A DNA stretch of 32,000 nt from assembly GCA_027460535.1 (NCBI GenBank), contig JAPZAR010000023.1, forward strand, positions 21,403 to 53,402, written 5' to 3'. This stretch comes from Candidatus Methanoperedens sp. GTDB lineage: Archaea; Halobacteriota; Methanosarcinia; Methanosarcinales; Methanoperedenaceae. Below the pieces are notes generated by a model. The model worked only from the letters and a program-made list of their open reading frames with translations, ran no database searches and was not told the DNA's origin. A program made the translations under genes and the position numbers. Shown here in pieces: positions 1-8,514 of this stretch (position 1 is the first letter of the stretch; each line of letters begins with the position of its first letter).

Positions 1-121
1 TGTTCGAGAAAATGTTCAGAGAGATGAGAAATTCACCGGATGCTGTGCTCAAATAAAATAAGATATATTTTTGTACATACCTCTCAATTAAGACCATATT
101 CTCGTATCCAAAAATCAAGGA

Positions 122-1639
122 ATGAATATAATGGAACCTTACTTTCACCTGAAGGGCAGTTATAAAACAAGCGCCGACGCATCCGCTGCACGCGCTGAAA
201 TCGAAAAGTTCATTGAAGAAGCAAAAACAACTATACTGCAAAAAGGCGTCCCAGCAGGGAGAGGCGCGAGGATTCTTGAATGGGACATCAGGGATAACAG
301 CGTGTTCTTCGATATAGAATCGGACCGATACCTTCGAGCCCATGATGCCTTCATAAGGCTTCGCAAGCCCCTCGCAGGCGTACTTGGTAAGGAATACAGG
401 ATAGGAGTAAGAGGGGCGGAAATCGAGGAATTCATAGTTTCATTGCCTTCCGAACAGCAGCTGCAGGCCAAAAAAATACCCCATGTGAAAACAATCGAAT
501 TCAAAGAAGGGATGATAACCCTCTCGCTCGATGTCGGGGAAGCCGAACTTGAGAACAAGGTTCCCGACAGGATTATCTCTCTCATCGAGGACAAGATAGC
601 GGCGCAAAGCTTCGGCGGCAAGGCTGAGCACTGGAGCCTGATGTGGGAAAGCCCCAGGAAAGAGATGAAATTCAAAGCAGACCCGACGGTTGAGGCCGAA
701 AAGAGGGGATGGATAAGGCGCTCAGTTGGCCGCGGCCAGTGGATACACGGGGCTCAGATGACCCGCATCTTCAGGACATTTGAGCAGATCGTCCTGGAAG
801 AGGTGATAGAGCCCCTTGGTTACACAGAGATGCTATTCCCAAAGCTTGACCCGTGGGACGTATTGAAACATTCAGGTCATGCAAAGGGCGTGTATCCTGA
901 GATATATTACGTCTGCCCCCCAAAGACAAGAGACCCCGCATTCTGGGAGGAGGTTATTGATTCTTACAAGGTCACACTTGAAGTGCCCCTTGACCTCATC
1001 GCCGAGAAGATCGATAAACCCCTCGGCGCCATGTGCTATGCCCAATGCCCGTCATTCTGGCCATTCCTTCAGGGAAAGACCATCGCAGAAGATTCCCTTC
1101 CCATTAAGGTTTTTGACCGCTCCGGCACATCGCACAGGTATGAGAGCGGCGGCATACATGGCATGGAGAGGGTGGATGAATTCCACAGGATAGAGCTTGT
1201 TTTCATAGGCACCCAGGAGCAGGTCACCGCCCATTCAAAGAATATGCAGGAATGCTACAAGCGAATCTTCAATGACATACTTGACCTTGAATGGAGAATG
1301 GCATGGGTCACACCCTGGTTCATGGCCCAGGAAGGGCTTACCGGGCTTGCCGAGAAAAAGGATGTGGGTACCATTGATTTCGAGGCGCCGCTGCCATATC
1401 GCGGAAAAGACGGCGAGTGGCTTGAGTTCCAGAACCTGAGCATCAATGGCGATAAGTATCCAAAGGGCTTCAATGTGAAATCTCAGTCAGGAAAGGAGGT
1501 ATGGAGCGGATGCTCCGGCATCGGACTTGAGAGGTGGGCGAGCACGTTCTTTGCACAGAAAGGATTTGATCAGAAGGACTGGCCGGATAAGTTCATGGAG
1601 AAGGTAGGGGAGATGCCGAAAGGGATAAGGTTCATGTGA
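122..1639 (+). CDS. serS: Seryl-tRNA synthetase, atypical methanogen-type class II SerRS
   Basis: 505-aa ORF. It is near-collinear with my recollection of Methanosarcina barkeri atypical SerRS. Shared strings include [76 protein letters not shown] and GEMPKGIRF. An alternative start is ATG 131. Confidence 0.93.
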   Translation: MNIMEPYFHLKGSYKTSADASAARAEIEKFIEEAKTTILQKGVPAGRGARILEWDIRDNSVFFDIESDRYLRAHDAFIRLRKPLAGVLGKEYRIGVRGAEIEEFIVSLPSEQQLQAKKIPHVKTIEFKEGMITLSLDVGEAELENKVPDRIISLIEDKIAAQSFGGKAEHWSLMWESPRKEMKFKADPTVEAEKRGWIRRSVGRGQWIHGAQMTRIFRTFEQIVLEEVIEPLGYTEMLFPKLDPWDVLKHSGHAKGVYPEIYYVCPPKTRDPAFWEEVIDSYKVTLEVPLDLIAEKIDKPLGAMCYAQCPSFWPFLQGKTIAEDSLPIKVFDRSGTSHRYESGGIHGMERVDEFHRIELVFIGTQEQVTAHSKNMQECYKRIFNDILDLEWRMAWVTPWFMAQEGLTGLAEKKDVGTIDFEAPLPYRGKDGEWLEFQNLSINGDKYPKGFNVKSQSGKEVWSGCSGIGLERWASTFFAQKGFDQKDWPDKFMEKVGEMPKGIRFM

Positions 1640-1691
1640 AAAAATGACTCACAAAACCTTAAAATAGCATAGTCTCCAACTTAAATACCGG

Positions 1692-3173
1692 GTGAAGTGT
1701 TTGCATGAGTATAAACTTTTCATAAATGGCGAATGGACAGAATCAAGCACGGGAGAGACTTTTGATGATATCAACCCGGCAACCCTCGATGTGATAGCGA
1801 AACTCCATAAGGCATCAAAGGAGGACGTGTCTCGCGCAGTTGACAGCGCGGAGGATGCCTTTGACGCGTGGAGCTGCACGCCTGCCCCCAGGCGTGCGAA
1901 GATACTTTTCAGCGCTGCAAGGATGCTTGAGGAGCGAAAGGAAGAGCTTGCGCGTCTCATGACGGCTGAGATGGGAAAAATCCTGAAGGAAACACGGGGT
2001 GATGTCCAGGAAGCCATCGATATAACATATTATGCAGCTGGTGAGGGGCGCCGTCTCCTCGGCGAGACCACGCCTTCCGAATTACCTGACAAATTCGCCA
2101 TGACCGTTCGCCGACCGATAGGTGTGGTCGGGCTGATCACTCCCTGGAATTTTCCAATAGCGATACCTGCATGGAAAATAATGCCTGCGCTCATATCCGG
2201 AAACACGATCGTGTTCAAGCCCGCAAGCGATACGCCGCTGCTGTCAATTGAACTCGTTAAAATTCTTGCTGAAGCAGGACTTCCGGAGGGCGTTTTAAAT
2301 CTCGTGATGGGAGAAGGCAAGAGCGTGGGCGGGGCGATCGTCCATGACAGGAAGATCCGTGCGGTATCTTTCACGGGCTCGCTTGCGACAGGCAAATGGA
2401 TACTTGGCGAGGCAGGCAAGGATATGAAAAGAGTTTCTCTTGAACTCGGCGGGAAAAATCCTATTATAGTGATGGATGATGCCAACCTCGATCTTGCCAT
2501 CGATGGCGTCCTGTGGGGGGCTTTCGGGACTACTGGACAGCGCTGCACCGCCGCAAGCCGCGTTATAGTGCATGAAAAAATACTGCCCGAATTCCAGAAG
2601 AGATTCATTCAGAGGACAAAACGGCTAAAGCTGGGTAATGGTCTTGATGAAAATATTGATGTCGGGCCGGTCATCAATGGTTCGCAGCTTCAAAAAATCG
2701 CAAAGTATGTCGCGATCGGAAAAGATGAAGGAGCAAAACTGGCGCTTGGAGGAAATACAATAAAGCCACTGCCGGGATACTTTTTTGAGCCCACCATTTT
2801 TACAGATGTCGCTCCTGATATGCGGATAGCGCAGGAAGAGATATTTGGACCTGTGGTATCTCTGATCAAGGCCGGAGACCTTGACGAGGCGATAAACATC
2901 GCCAACTCGGTGGAATACGGTCTCTCTTCTTCCATCTATACGGAAAACATGACAAGCGCATTCAGGGCGATTGAAAAAATCGAAGCTGGTATCACGTATG
3001 TAAACGCCCCGACGATAGGTTCTGAGATCCACCTGCCCTTTGGGGGTGTGAAATCCACAGGGAACGGCACGCGTGAAGCCGGTACAACCGCTATAGAGGA
3101 GTTCACGGAGCTAAAAACAGTATATTTCGATTACAGCGGAAAACTTCAGAAAGCGCAGATAGACATAGAGTAG
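1692..3173 (+). CDS. NAD(P)+-dependent aldehyde dehydrogenase family protein, possibly succinate-semialdehyde dehydrogenase-like
   Basis: 493-aa ORF with ALDH hallmarks: ITPWNFP, the catalytic Glu context LELGGKNP, the catalytic Cys context GQRCTAASR, and EEIFGPV. The start is GTG 1692, or TTG 1701. Substrate is guessed only from the adjacent GabT-like gene. Confidence 0.9.
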   Translation: MKCLHEYKLFINGEWTESSTGETFDDINPATLDVIAKLHKASKEDVSRAVDSAEDAFDAWSCTPAPRRAKILFSAARMLEERKEELARLMTAEMGKILKETRGDVQEAIDITYYAAGEGRRLLGETTPSELPDKFAMTVRRPIGVVGLITPWNFPIAIPAWKIMPALISGNTIVFKPASDTPLLSIELVKILAEAGLPEGVLNLVMGEGKSVGGAIVHDRKIRAVSFTGSLATGKWILGEAGKDMKRVSLELGGKNPIIVMDDANLDLAIDGVLWGAFGTTGQRCTAASRVIVHEKILPEFQKRFIQRTKRLKLGNGLDENIDVGPVINGSQLQKIAKYVAIGKDEGAKLALGGNTIKPLPGYFFEPTIFTDVAPDMRIAQEEIFGPVVSLIKAGDLDEAINIANSVEYGLSSSIYTENMTSAFRAIEKIEAGITYVNAPTIGSEIHLPFGGVKSTGNGTREAGTTAIEEFTELKTVYFDYSGKLQKAQIDIE

Positions 3174-3181
3174 GAGGGATC

Positions 3182-4462
3182 ATGAGGAAACCAGGAAAAA
3201 AATCCAGAGATATCATAGACAGGGACGCCAAGGTCATGTCGGCGCTGACGCGCCCCTATGAATTGGTTGTCGACCATGCTGAAGGCTCAACGATTTTTGA
3301 TGTTGACGGTAACAAATACATTGATTTTGCATCAAGCGTGGCAGTAATGAATATCGGCTATAATAATAAAAAAGTCAGAGAAGCGGTATGCGGGCAGATG
3401 GAAAAAATGGTTCACTGCGGTTTCTCCGATTTCAATGCTGAGATTCCGGTCAAGCTGTCAGAAAAGCTCTGCCGGATGACGGGATATGAGAAGGTATTTC
3501 TATCTAATTCAGGCGCTGAGTCAGTCGAGGCGGCCATGAAACTTGCATTCTGGTACACGAAAAGGAACAGCATGGTGGCGTTCTACCGGGCCTTCCATGG
3601 AAGGACGCTCGGCGCGCTCTCGCTGACAAGTTCCAGAATCCGCCATAAGGAGCATTTCCCATCATTGCGGGTCATTCACTCAGACTATGCTTACTGCTAC
3701 CGATGTCCGCTTGACCTCGAATATCCGCAGTGCGGCATATCCTGCGCAAAGGAGATCGAGCGAACCATCTTCAAGCGAGAACTCTCGCCCGAGGACACCG
3801 CAGCCATTGTTACGGAGCCCATACAGGGGGAGGGTGGGTTCATCGTACCGCCTGCCGAGTTCCATAAGGAGATAAGGAGGATATGCGATGAGAACAACAT
3901 CCTGATGATAGCAGATGAAGTCCAAAGCGGCGGTTTCAGGACAGGAAAATTCATGGCACTTGAGAATTTTGGCGTGCGGGCGGATATCGTGTGCATGTCC
4001 AAATCCATCGGCGGGGGAATACCTCTTGGCGCGACGTTATCTACCAGTAAGATAATGAGCTGGCCTTCAGGAGCCCATGCCAATACCTTTGGGGGCAATC
4101 TGCTTGCGTCTGCCGGAGGGCTTGCAACTCTTGAGTTCATGGAAAGCAACAGGCTCGGCGATAAGGCGGTTGAGAAAGGAAATTACCTGGTAAAGCGCCT
4201 GAACGAACTCAAGGAGCAATATCCGATAATTGGGGATGTCCGGGGCATCGGCCTTATGATCGGCGTGGAATTCGTTGAGGAAAATAAGGACCCAGCTGCC
4301 GAAAAGCGCAACTGGATCGTAAAGCAGGCCCTTGATGAAGGGCTGATCCTGCTCCCTGCAGGTGACTCTGTTATCAGATTCGTGCCTCCCCTCGTGATTT
4401 CAAGCGATGAGATAGATAAAGGTCTTGAAATATTTGAGAATTCGCTCAAAACGGTGAGGTAA
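3182..4462 (+). CDS. Class III PLP-dependent aminotransferase, 4-aminobutyrate aminotransferase (GabT)-like
   Basis: 426-aa ORF. Motifs shared with GabT-type enzymes are SNSGAESVEAA, AAIVTEPIQGEGGF, ADEVQSG, the PLP-Lys context SKSIGGG, and GDVRGIGLM. It starts 8 nt after the ALDH stop, and a GGAGGG sequence sits upstream. Confidence 0.9.
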   Translation: MRKPGKKSRDIIDRDAKVMSALTRPYELVVDHAEGSTIFDVDGNKYIDFASSVAVMNIGYNNKKVREAVCGQMEKMVHCGFSDFNAEIPVKLSEKLCRMTGYEKVFLSNSGAESVEAAMKLAFWYTKRNSMVAFYRAFHGRTLGALSLTSSRIRHKEHFPSLRVIHSDYAYCYRCPLDLEYPQCGISCAKEIERTIFKRELSPEDTAAIVTEPIQGEGGFIVPPAEFHKEIRRICDENNILMIADEVQSGGFRTGKFMALENFGVRADIVCMSKSIGGGIPLGATLSTSKIMSWPSGAHANTFGGNLLASAGGLATLEFMESNRLGDKAVEKGNYLVKRLNELKEQYPIIGDVRGIGLMIGVEFVEENKDPAAEKRNWIVKQALDEGLILLPAGDSVIRFVPPLVISSDEIDKGLEIFENSLKTVR

Positions 4463-4522
4463 AGCATTTCGAGTAAAAAATAGCAGAATCTAAATAAGCC
4501 AACGGGTCTATCCAGATTCCCT

Positions 4523-5083
4523 ATGCGCGAATTCATCCTCTACTCCAGGACAGGCAGTACAGGTCCTCGATTCAAGAGCCTCATAGAAGCCGGCAGGCTG
4601 GACGTAGTGTATCAGTGCATATTGATGTCCCTCTTTATGTCGCATTCTATCAGGAGGGATGTGATTTTCCATGCCATCCTCGGAGGCCCCCCATCACCAC
4701 CTCTTGAACTTGTTGTTGACGGGAGGGATCTGAGAGATGCAAGGCTGGATGAGAGGACGTGGGAAGACATATTGAGGAATATCCTTTCAGGCAGGTCGCA
4801 TCCTGGGGTTCATGTCCAGAAGAAAAGCCTGCAGCAATTGGTAAAAGAAAAGAGCAACATCTTTGTCCTGGAAGAGTCCGGCGAAAGCATACGAACTATT
4901 GACCTGGGAACAGACCCGGTATTTGTTCTCGGCGACCAGGTGGGGCTGCCAAGGAAAGATGAAGAATTCGTCCTTAGATACGGGAAAAAAGTCTCAATTG
5001 GCCAGAAGGCATATCTGGCTTCCGCATGCGTCGGCATCATCAACTATATACTGGACCAGCGGGAAATTAGAGTTCCACCATAA
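4523..5083 (+). CDS. trmY: tRNA (pseudouridine54-N1)-methyltransferase (SPOUT, DUF358)
   Basis: 186-aa ORF. The N-terminus MREFIL, GRLDVVYQCILMSLFMSHSIRRDV and DPVFVLGDQVG match the archaeal TrmY (Mj1640-type) pattern as I recall it. Confidence 0.85.
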   Translation: MREFILYSRTGSTGPRFKSLIEAGRLDVVYQCILMSLFMSHSIRRDVIFHAILGGPPSPPLELVVDGRDLRDARLDERTWEDILRNILSGRSHPGVHVQKKSLQQLVKEKSNIFVLEESGESIRTIDLGTDPVFVLGDQVGLPRKDEEFVLRYGKKVSIGQKAYLASACVGIINYILDQREIRVPP

Positions 5084-5540
5084 CTCCTTTTTTACCTTTT
5101 GTCCTCATATCCCTGATAAGTTTTTGATTTTCACGAATGAACGAGGCTGCATCAGCTTCGATTTTCTTTTTATCTATTTTCTTACCATGTCCCTCACCTG
5201 GACAGTCAACTACTGGTTTAAGGCGCATTATAGGTTCATCGGAATACGAGACTTCCATGATCTTGAAGGGGAGCAGACGGCAGACAAGGGGCTCATTCTC
5301 CCGTATCATGCATTCAAGTTTTTTGCCCTGGAAAAAGCACCTGCCATCCTTTTCTTTTATCCTGAAGACCTGCTTCGCCTCATCAAAATCCAGGAAATCG
5401 TCCGGCGAATATCCGAGCGCCTTTATCATTTTTATATCTGCCACGGTAAGCTGGATACCAGGTATGCAGCATTTTGCGCCGCATTTTTTGTATTCGCATG
5501 TCCACTTTTCGACATTTTCAAGGATATGGATCATGACCAT
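5067..5540 (-). CDS. YkgJ/UPF0153-family cysteine-cluster (CxxCxxCC) putative Fe-S or Zn protein
   Basis: 157-aa ORF with CEYKKCGAKCCIPG near the N-terminus and further Cys residues (RCFF, VCRLLP, DCPGEG). It is convergent with trmY and overlaps it by 17 nt at the 3' ends. Confidence 0.75.
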   Translation of the reverse strand: MVMIHILENVEKWTCEYKKCGAKCCIPGIQLTVADIKMIKALGYSPDDFLDFDEAKQVFRIKEKDGRCFFQGKKLECMIRENEPLVCRLLPFKIMEVSYSDEPIMRLKPVVDCPGEGHGKKIDKKKIEADAASFIRENQKLIRDMRTKGKKGVMVEL

Positions 5541-5707
5541 TAATTGATTCTGGTCTAATTAAAGATAACCATATCTGGTGAGCATAATATAGCAATTAAA
5601 TAATTATTGGGATTGCCGGCGATGTCTAAAATCAACATCAATATCATATATGATAGAAAAAGAATTATATAAGGGTTATATCATTATAGTATATACGAGG
5701 GTACAAT

Positions 5708-6076
5708 ATGTCAATCCTGGATGTAACTGAAGATCAAATATTTCAAACGTTGGGAAAAGGAAGAGATCCGAATTTTAAACCTATCGAGAAGGTAAGACCG
5801 GTAATCGTCAAACCCAAGAAAACGTATACGCTCAATCAAACTATCAGAACCGCCCAGACCGTGAAGGCTATAACGCCGCAGGCCGTTGTGGCAGTGTCTG
5901 AACCTGTCAAAATCGTCCCATCACCGCAAGTTGATGAATCCATGGTGAAACTAACGGTGCAATTGAATGAATTAAACAATCGTGTAAATGGGATACAGAA
6001 AATGGTTAAATATTATATAATGCCGCAGTTCGTAATCGTTCTGGTTCTGTTGGTTGCGTTGTTTGTCAAAGGTTAA
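5708..6076 (+). CDS. Hypothetical tail-anchored membrane protein
   Basis: 122-aa ORF. GAGGG lies 6-7 nt upstream of the ATG, and AT-rich TATA-like sequence lies further upstream. A predicted helical or coiled segment (LTVQLNELNNRVNGIQKMV) is followed by a C-terminal hydrophobic helix (FVIVLVLLVALFV). I recognise no family. Confidence 0.5.
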   Translation: MSILDVTEDQIFQTLGKGRDPNFKPIEKVRPVIVKPKKTYTLNQTIRTAQTVKAITPQAVVAVSEPVKIVPSPQVDESMVKLTVQLNELNNRVNGIQKMVKYYIMPQFVIVLVLLVALFVKG

Positions 6077-6175
6077 TTTTCCTTTTTTCAAAATCCATTT
6101 AATCTCTTTAAAGATTTGCCGGAACTCGCAACTTGACCGATATTTTCTTGTATTTATCTCTCTTTAGTGGGCGGC

Positions 6176-7351
6176 ATGAAATACATCATTCTCATTGGCG
6201 ATGGAATGGCTGATTATGCCATACCAGAACTTGGCGATCTCACACCCCTACAGGCTGCCAACAAGCCGAATATGGATTTTATCGCCAAGCACGGCAGGAA
6301 CGGCACTGCGAGAACAGTTCCAGATGATAAGCCGCCCGGGAGCGATGTGGCTAACCTGTGTATAATGGGGTACGACCCAGAAAGATATTATTCGGGGCGG
6401 GGGCCACTTGAAGCTGCAAGCATAGGTGTAGATCTTCAAAAGGATGACATTGCGTTCCGATGCAACCTGATCACTGAAAAGAACGGATTGCTGGCGGATT
6501 ATAGTTCAGGCCATATCTCAAGTGATGAAGCGCGGGTGCTTATCAATGCTGTGGACAATGAACTTGGAGGAAATTGTAAGTTTCATCCGGGCGTGAGTTA
6601 CAGGCATTTACTGGTAATGAAAAAGGGGGAGAGGGCTGTATGTACCCCGCCCCATGATGTGGTCGGACAGCCGGTAGATGATGTCCTGCCCAGGGGTGAA
6701 GATTCCGGGATCCTGATCGACCTTATCAGGGCATCGAAATCCATCCTTGAGAGCCATGAGATAAACATCAAGAGAAAAAAAAATGGGAAGAACATGGCGA
6801 ACCTTATATGGCCCTGGGGGCAGGGAAAGGCGCCAGATATGCCTACATTCAGGGAGCTTTATGGATTATCGGGTTCGATTATCTCGGCTGTGGACCTGTT
6901 GAAAGGGATCGGGAAGTATGCAGGTCTGGAAGTCATAGATGTTCCCGGCGCTACAGGATACCTGGACACCAATTTCGCAGGTAAAGCTGCATATGCGCTT
7001 GAATCCCTTAAGGAGCGCGATTTTGTCCTTGTTCATGTGGAGGCGCCCGATGAGGCGGGGCATATGGGGAACATAGAAGCGAAGATCAAGGCCATCGAGG
7101 ATTTCGATGAGAAAGTCGTTGGTGGGATGCTTAATGAACTTGCCGGGTTCGGAGATTACAGGATCCTTGTTTTGCCTGATCACCCCACACCCCTTTCCAT
7201 CAGGACGCATACAAGAGACCCTGTTCCTTTCGCGCTCTATTCTTCGAATGAAAGCGCTGATTACGTGGACAGGTTCGATGAGTTTGCGGCGAAAGAGGGT
7301 GTTTTCGGGCTTGTTGAGGGGCATAAGTTGATGAAGCTGCTTGTGAAGTAA
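6176..7351 (+). CDS. apgM: Cofactor-independent (2,3-BPG-independent) phosphoglycerate mutase, archaeal ApgM type
   Basis: The ORF track starts at GTG 6167, but ATG 6176 gives the typical [14 protein letters not shown]-terminus. [10 protein letters not shown] and LPDHPTP are metalloenzyme-superfamily motifs. Confidence 0.9.
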   Translation: MKYIILIGDGMADYAIPELGDLTPLQAANKPNMDFIAKHGRNGTARTVPDDKPPGSDVANLCIMGYDPERYYSGRGPLEAASIGVDLQKDDIAFRCNLITEKNGLLADYSSGHISSDEARVLINAVDNELGGNCKFHPGVSYRHLLVMKKGERAVCTPPHDVVGQPVDDVLPRGEDSGILIDLIRASKSILESHEINIKRKKNGKNMANLIWPWGQGKAPDMPTFRELYGLSGSIISAVDLLKGIGKYAGLEVIDVPGATGYLDTNFAGKAAYALESLKERDFVLVHVEAPDEAGHMGNIEAKIKAIEDFDEKVVGGMLNELAGFGDYRILVLPDHPTPLSIRTHTRDPVPFALYSSNESADYVDRFDEFAAKEGVFGLVEGHKLMKLLVK

Positions 7352-7577
7352 ATATATGGTTTACGAATAAGAAACCGCAAATGAAGGCGCCCGGAGTCAT
7401 GCCTCGGGAGGGCGTATCCTCAGGGGCGCAACCCTTGATGTATGGCTCCGCCATAGGTGTCAAATCAGAGTGGATTGTGAAAGATAAGTTGAATCAAAGT
7501 ACGAAACTTATTGTGTGAAGCCCGCCGATGGGGGCGGGAGAGTTCAAGACGTCACATTTATCCAGCCAAGCAATTGG

Positions 7578-7587
7578 TTTATATATA
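7578..7587 (+). promoter_or_regulatory. Candidate archaeal TATA box for the antitoxin gene
   Basis: TTTATATATA lies about 31-40 nt upstream of ATG 7618. That spacing would give a very short or absent leader. The call rests on sequence pattern only. Confidence 0.35.
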
Positions 7588-7617
7588 CATCAAACAGATT
7601 CCAGATAGTTGATAATT

Positions 7618-7836
7618 ATGCCAGAAACTATGACACAAAATGAGATGGTCATAAGCTTTGATACATTTAATAATTTAAAAAAATTAAAAGATGAACTGGA
7701 AGCTCTGATCGAAACCATTGAAATAATGAATGATAAGACTCTTATGAATGGGATAAAGCGGTCCAGGAATGATGTAAAAGCAGGCAGAATACATGAGATA
7801 AGAAGTTCTGACGAGCTTGATGAAATCTGGGCATGA
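7618..7836 (+). CDS. Type II antitoxin, Phd/YefM-RelB-like
   Basis: A 72-aa product from ATG 7618. The pattern LKDELEALIETIEIMNDKTLMNGIKRSRNDVKAGRIHEI is the stereotyped archaeal antitoxin C-terminal half (E-LED-ETLEI-D-ELM--I--S--D---GR). Its stop overlaps a downstream ATG as ATGA. Confidence 0.7.
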   Translation: MPETMTQNEMVISFDTFNNLKKLKDELEALIETIEIMNDKTLMNGIKRSRNDVKAGRIHEIRSSDELDEIWA

Positions 7837-8039
7837 AACGTTTGAGAATAGAAAGAAAGTTTACAAATGATGCGGGTATTTCGTAATCATGCTAACCCTG
7901 ATTTAAATATTTTCAACTGTTGCGGTGTTGATACGAAACTGATGCAGCCTCAGTATATCGAGATTATAAATTGCATAACGGAGCAAGCATTGCAACAGCA
8001 ACAGCATGCAAGAGGCGCATCCACAAAAACAAGGATTGA
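7833..8039 (+). pseudogene. Possible degraded RelE/ParE-family toxin gene
   Basis: ATG 7833 overlaps the antitoxin stop (ATGA). The frame reads MKRLRIERKFTNDAGIS and then hits four in-frame stops, at 7884, 7893, 7899 and 7929. Further on, the same frame gives SVYRDYKLHNGA...KRRIHKNKD, weakly reminiscent of the RelE core (GDYRIIY...HRK). This is my own hand translation. Confidence 0.3.
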
Positions 8040-8068
8040 GAGATTTTACTTGGCTTTATTATTCATCG

Positions 8069-8347
8069 CTATTTGAACCAGGATTTCTGTCTGCTTATCG
8101 AATCTTTTTCTTCTTCTGGATTGGTGGGTACGATGATCTTTTTTATATCGCTCTTGAAAATATAGGCGGGGTGAAAGTCATTGAATAATGGTTCGAACCA
8201 GACGCCATCCTCATCGCTTTCCTTGATATATCCCACATATGTCGAACCTGTTAAAGTCTGGATCTTGACGAGGTTATTTTCAGGTTTTTTCTTAAAATAC
8301 TCTAAAAGCTTTGGGTTTTTGACTATTTCATCGATTATTTTTGACAT
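8069..8347 (-). CDS. Hypothetical small protein, possibly a Sm-like beta-barrel
   Basis: A 92-aa ORF in an AT-rich stretch. The alternating beta-like pattern VKIQTLTGSTYVGYIKESDEDGVWFEP...IFKSDIKKIIV is the only basis for the fold guess. I recognise no family. Confidence 0.45.
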   Translation of the reverse strand: MSKIIDEIVKNPKLLEYFKKKPENNLVKIQTLTGSTYVGYIKESDEDGVWFEPLFNDFHPAYIFKSDIKKIIVPTNPEEEKDSISRQKSWFK

Positions 8348-8514
8348 TAATTCCCGCCTTTTTATTAAATGAACGAGGTCCGGAACTATAATGCTATTAA
8401 TTGCTGTTCCAAAAATAAAATTTTCTATGAATAGAGGTTAAGAAATTGAAAAGTGGATGCAACACGCATTAAGCCATTACCGAACGATGCTTTACGCATT
8501 GCATCCTAATAAGG

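Noticed and set aside
1-56. A possible 3' end of an upstream CDS running into the window. Frame 3 reads ...FEKMFREMRNSPDAVLK and stops at 54-56.
   Set aside because: Only about 18 codons are visible and a second frame is equally open. There is too little sequence to support a call.
160-675. A 171-aa minus-strand ORF, and similar antisense ORFs across the window. Examples: 2030-2608(-), 3697-4149(-), 4863-5543(+), 5137-5547(+), 12483-12878(-), 18126-18761(-), 19173-19805(+), 20053-20568(+), 22732-23157(-), 30402-30809(-).
   Set aside because: Each lies entirely antisense to, or out of frame with, a gene that has strong family motifs. Their translations are low-complexity or Ser/Arg/Cys-rich, as is typical of shadow ORFs.
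6768-6785. Homopolymer tracts as possible programmed slippage or phase-variation sites: A9 in apgM near 6775, G7 in glyA near 17371, and G7 near 15493.
   Set aside because: All three reading frames are intact through the tracts, and the encoded residues (KRKKNGK, GPRGG) fit the protein families. Nothing in the sequence suggests frameshifting.
7200-7463. An 87-aa minus-strand ORF spanning the apgM 3' end and the GC-rich intergenic segment.
   Set aside because: It overlaps the well-supported apgM gene antisense, has no motif and has a Pro/Gly/Ala-rich composition. The openness of the frame is more likely a by-product of local GC-richness.
7867-8188. Two overlapping plus-strand ORFs, 7867-8076 and 8006-8188.
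   Set aside because: They have no recognisable motifs. One overlaps the better-looking minus-strand ORF 8069-8347, and the region is better explained as decayed toxin-gene sequence.
8190-8199. GGTTCGAACC, which looks like a tRNA T-arm/T-loop.
   Set aside because: No acceptor, D or anticodon arms can be built around it, and it lies inside ORF 8069-8347. I found no convincing tRNA anywhere in the window.
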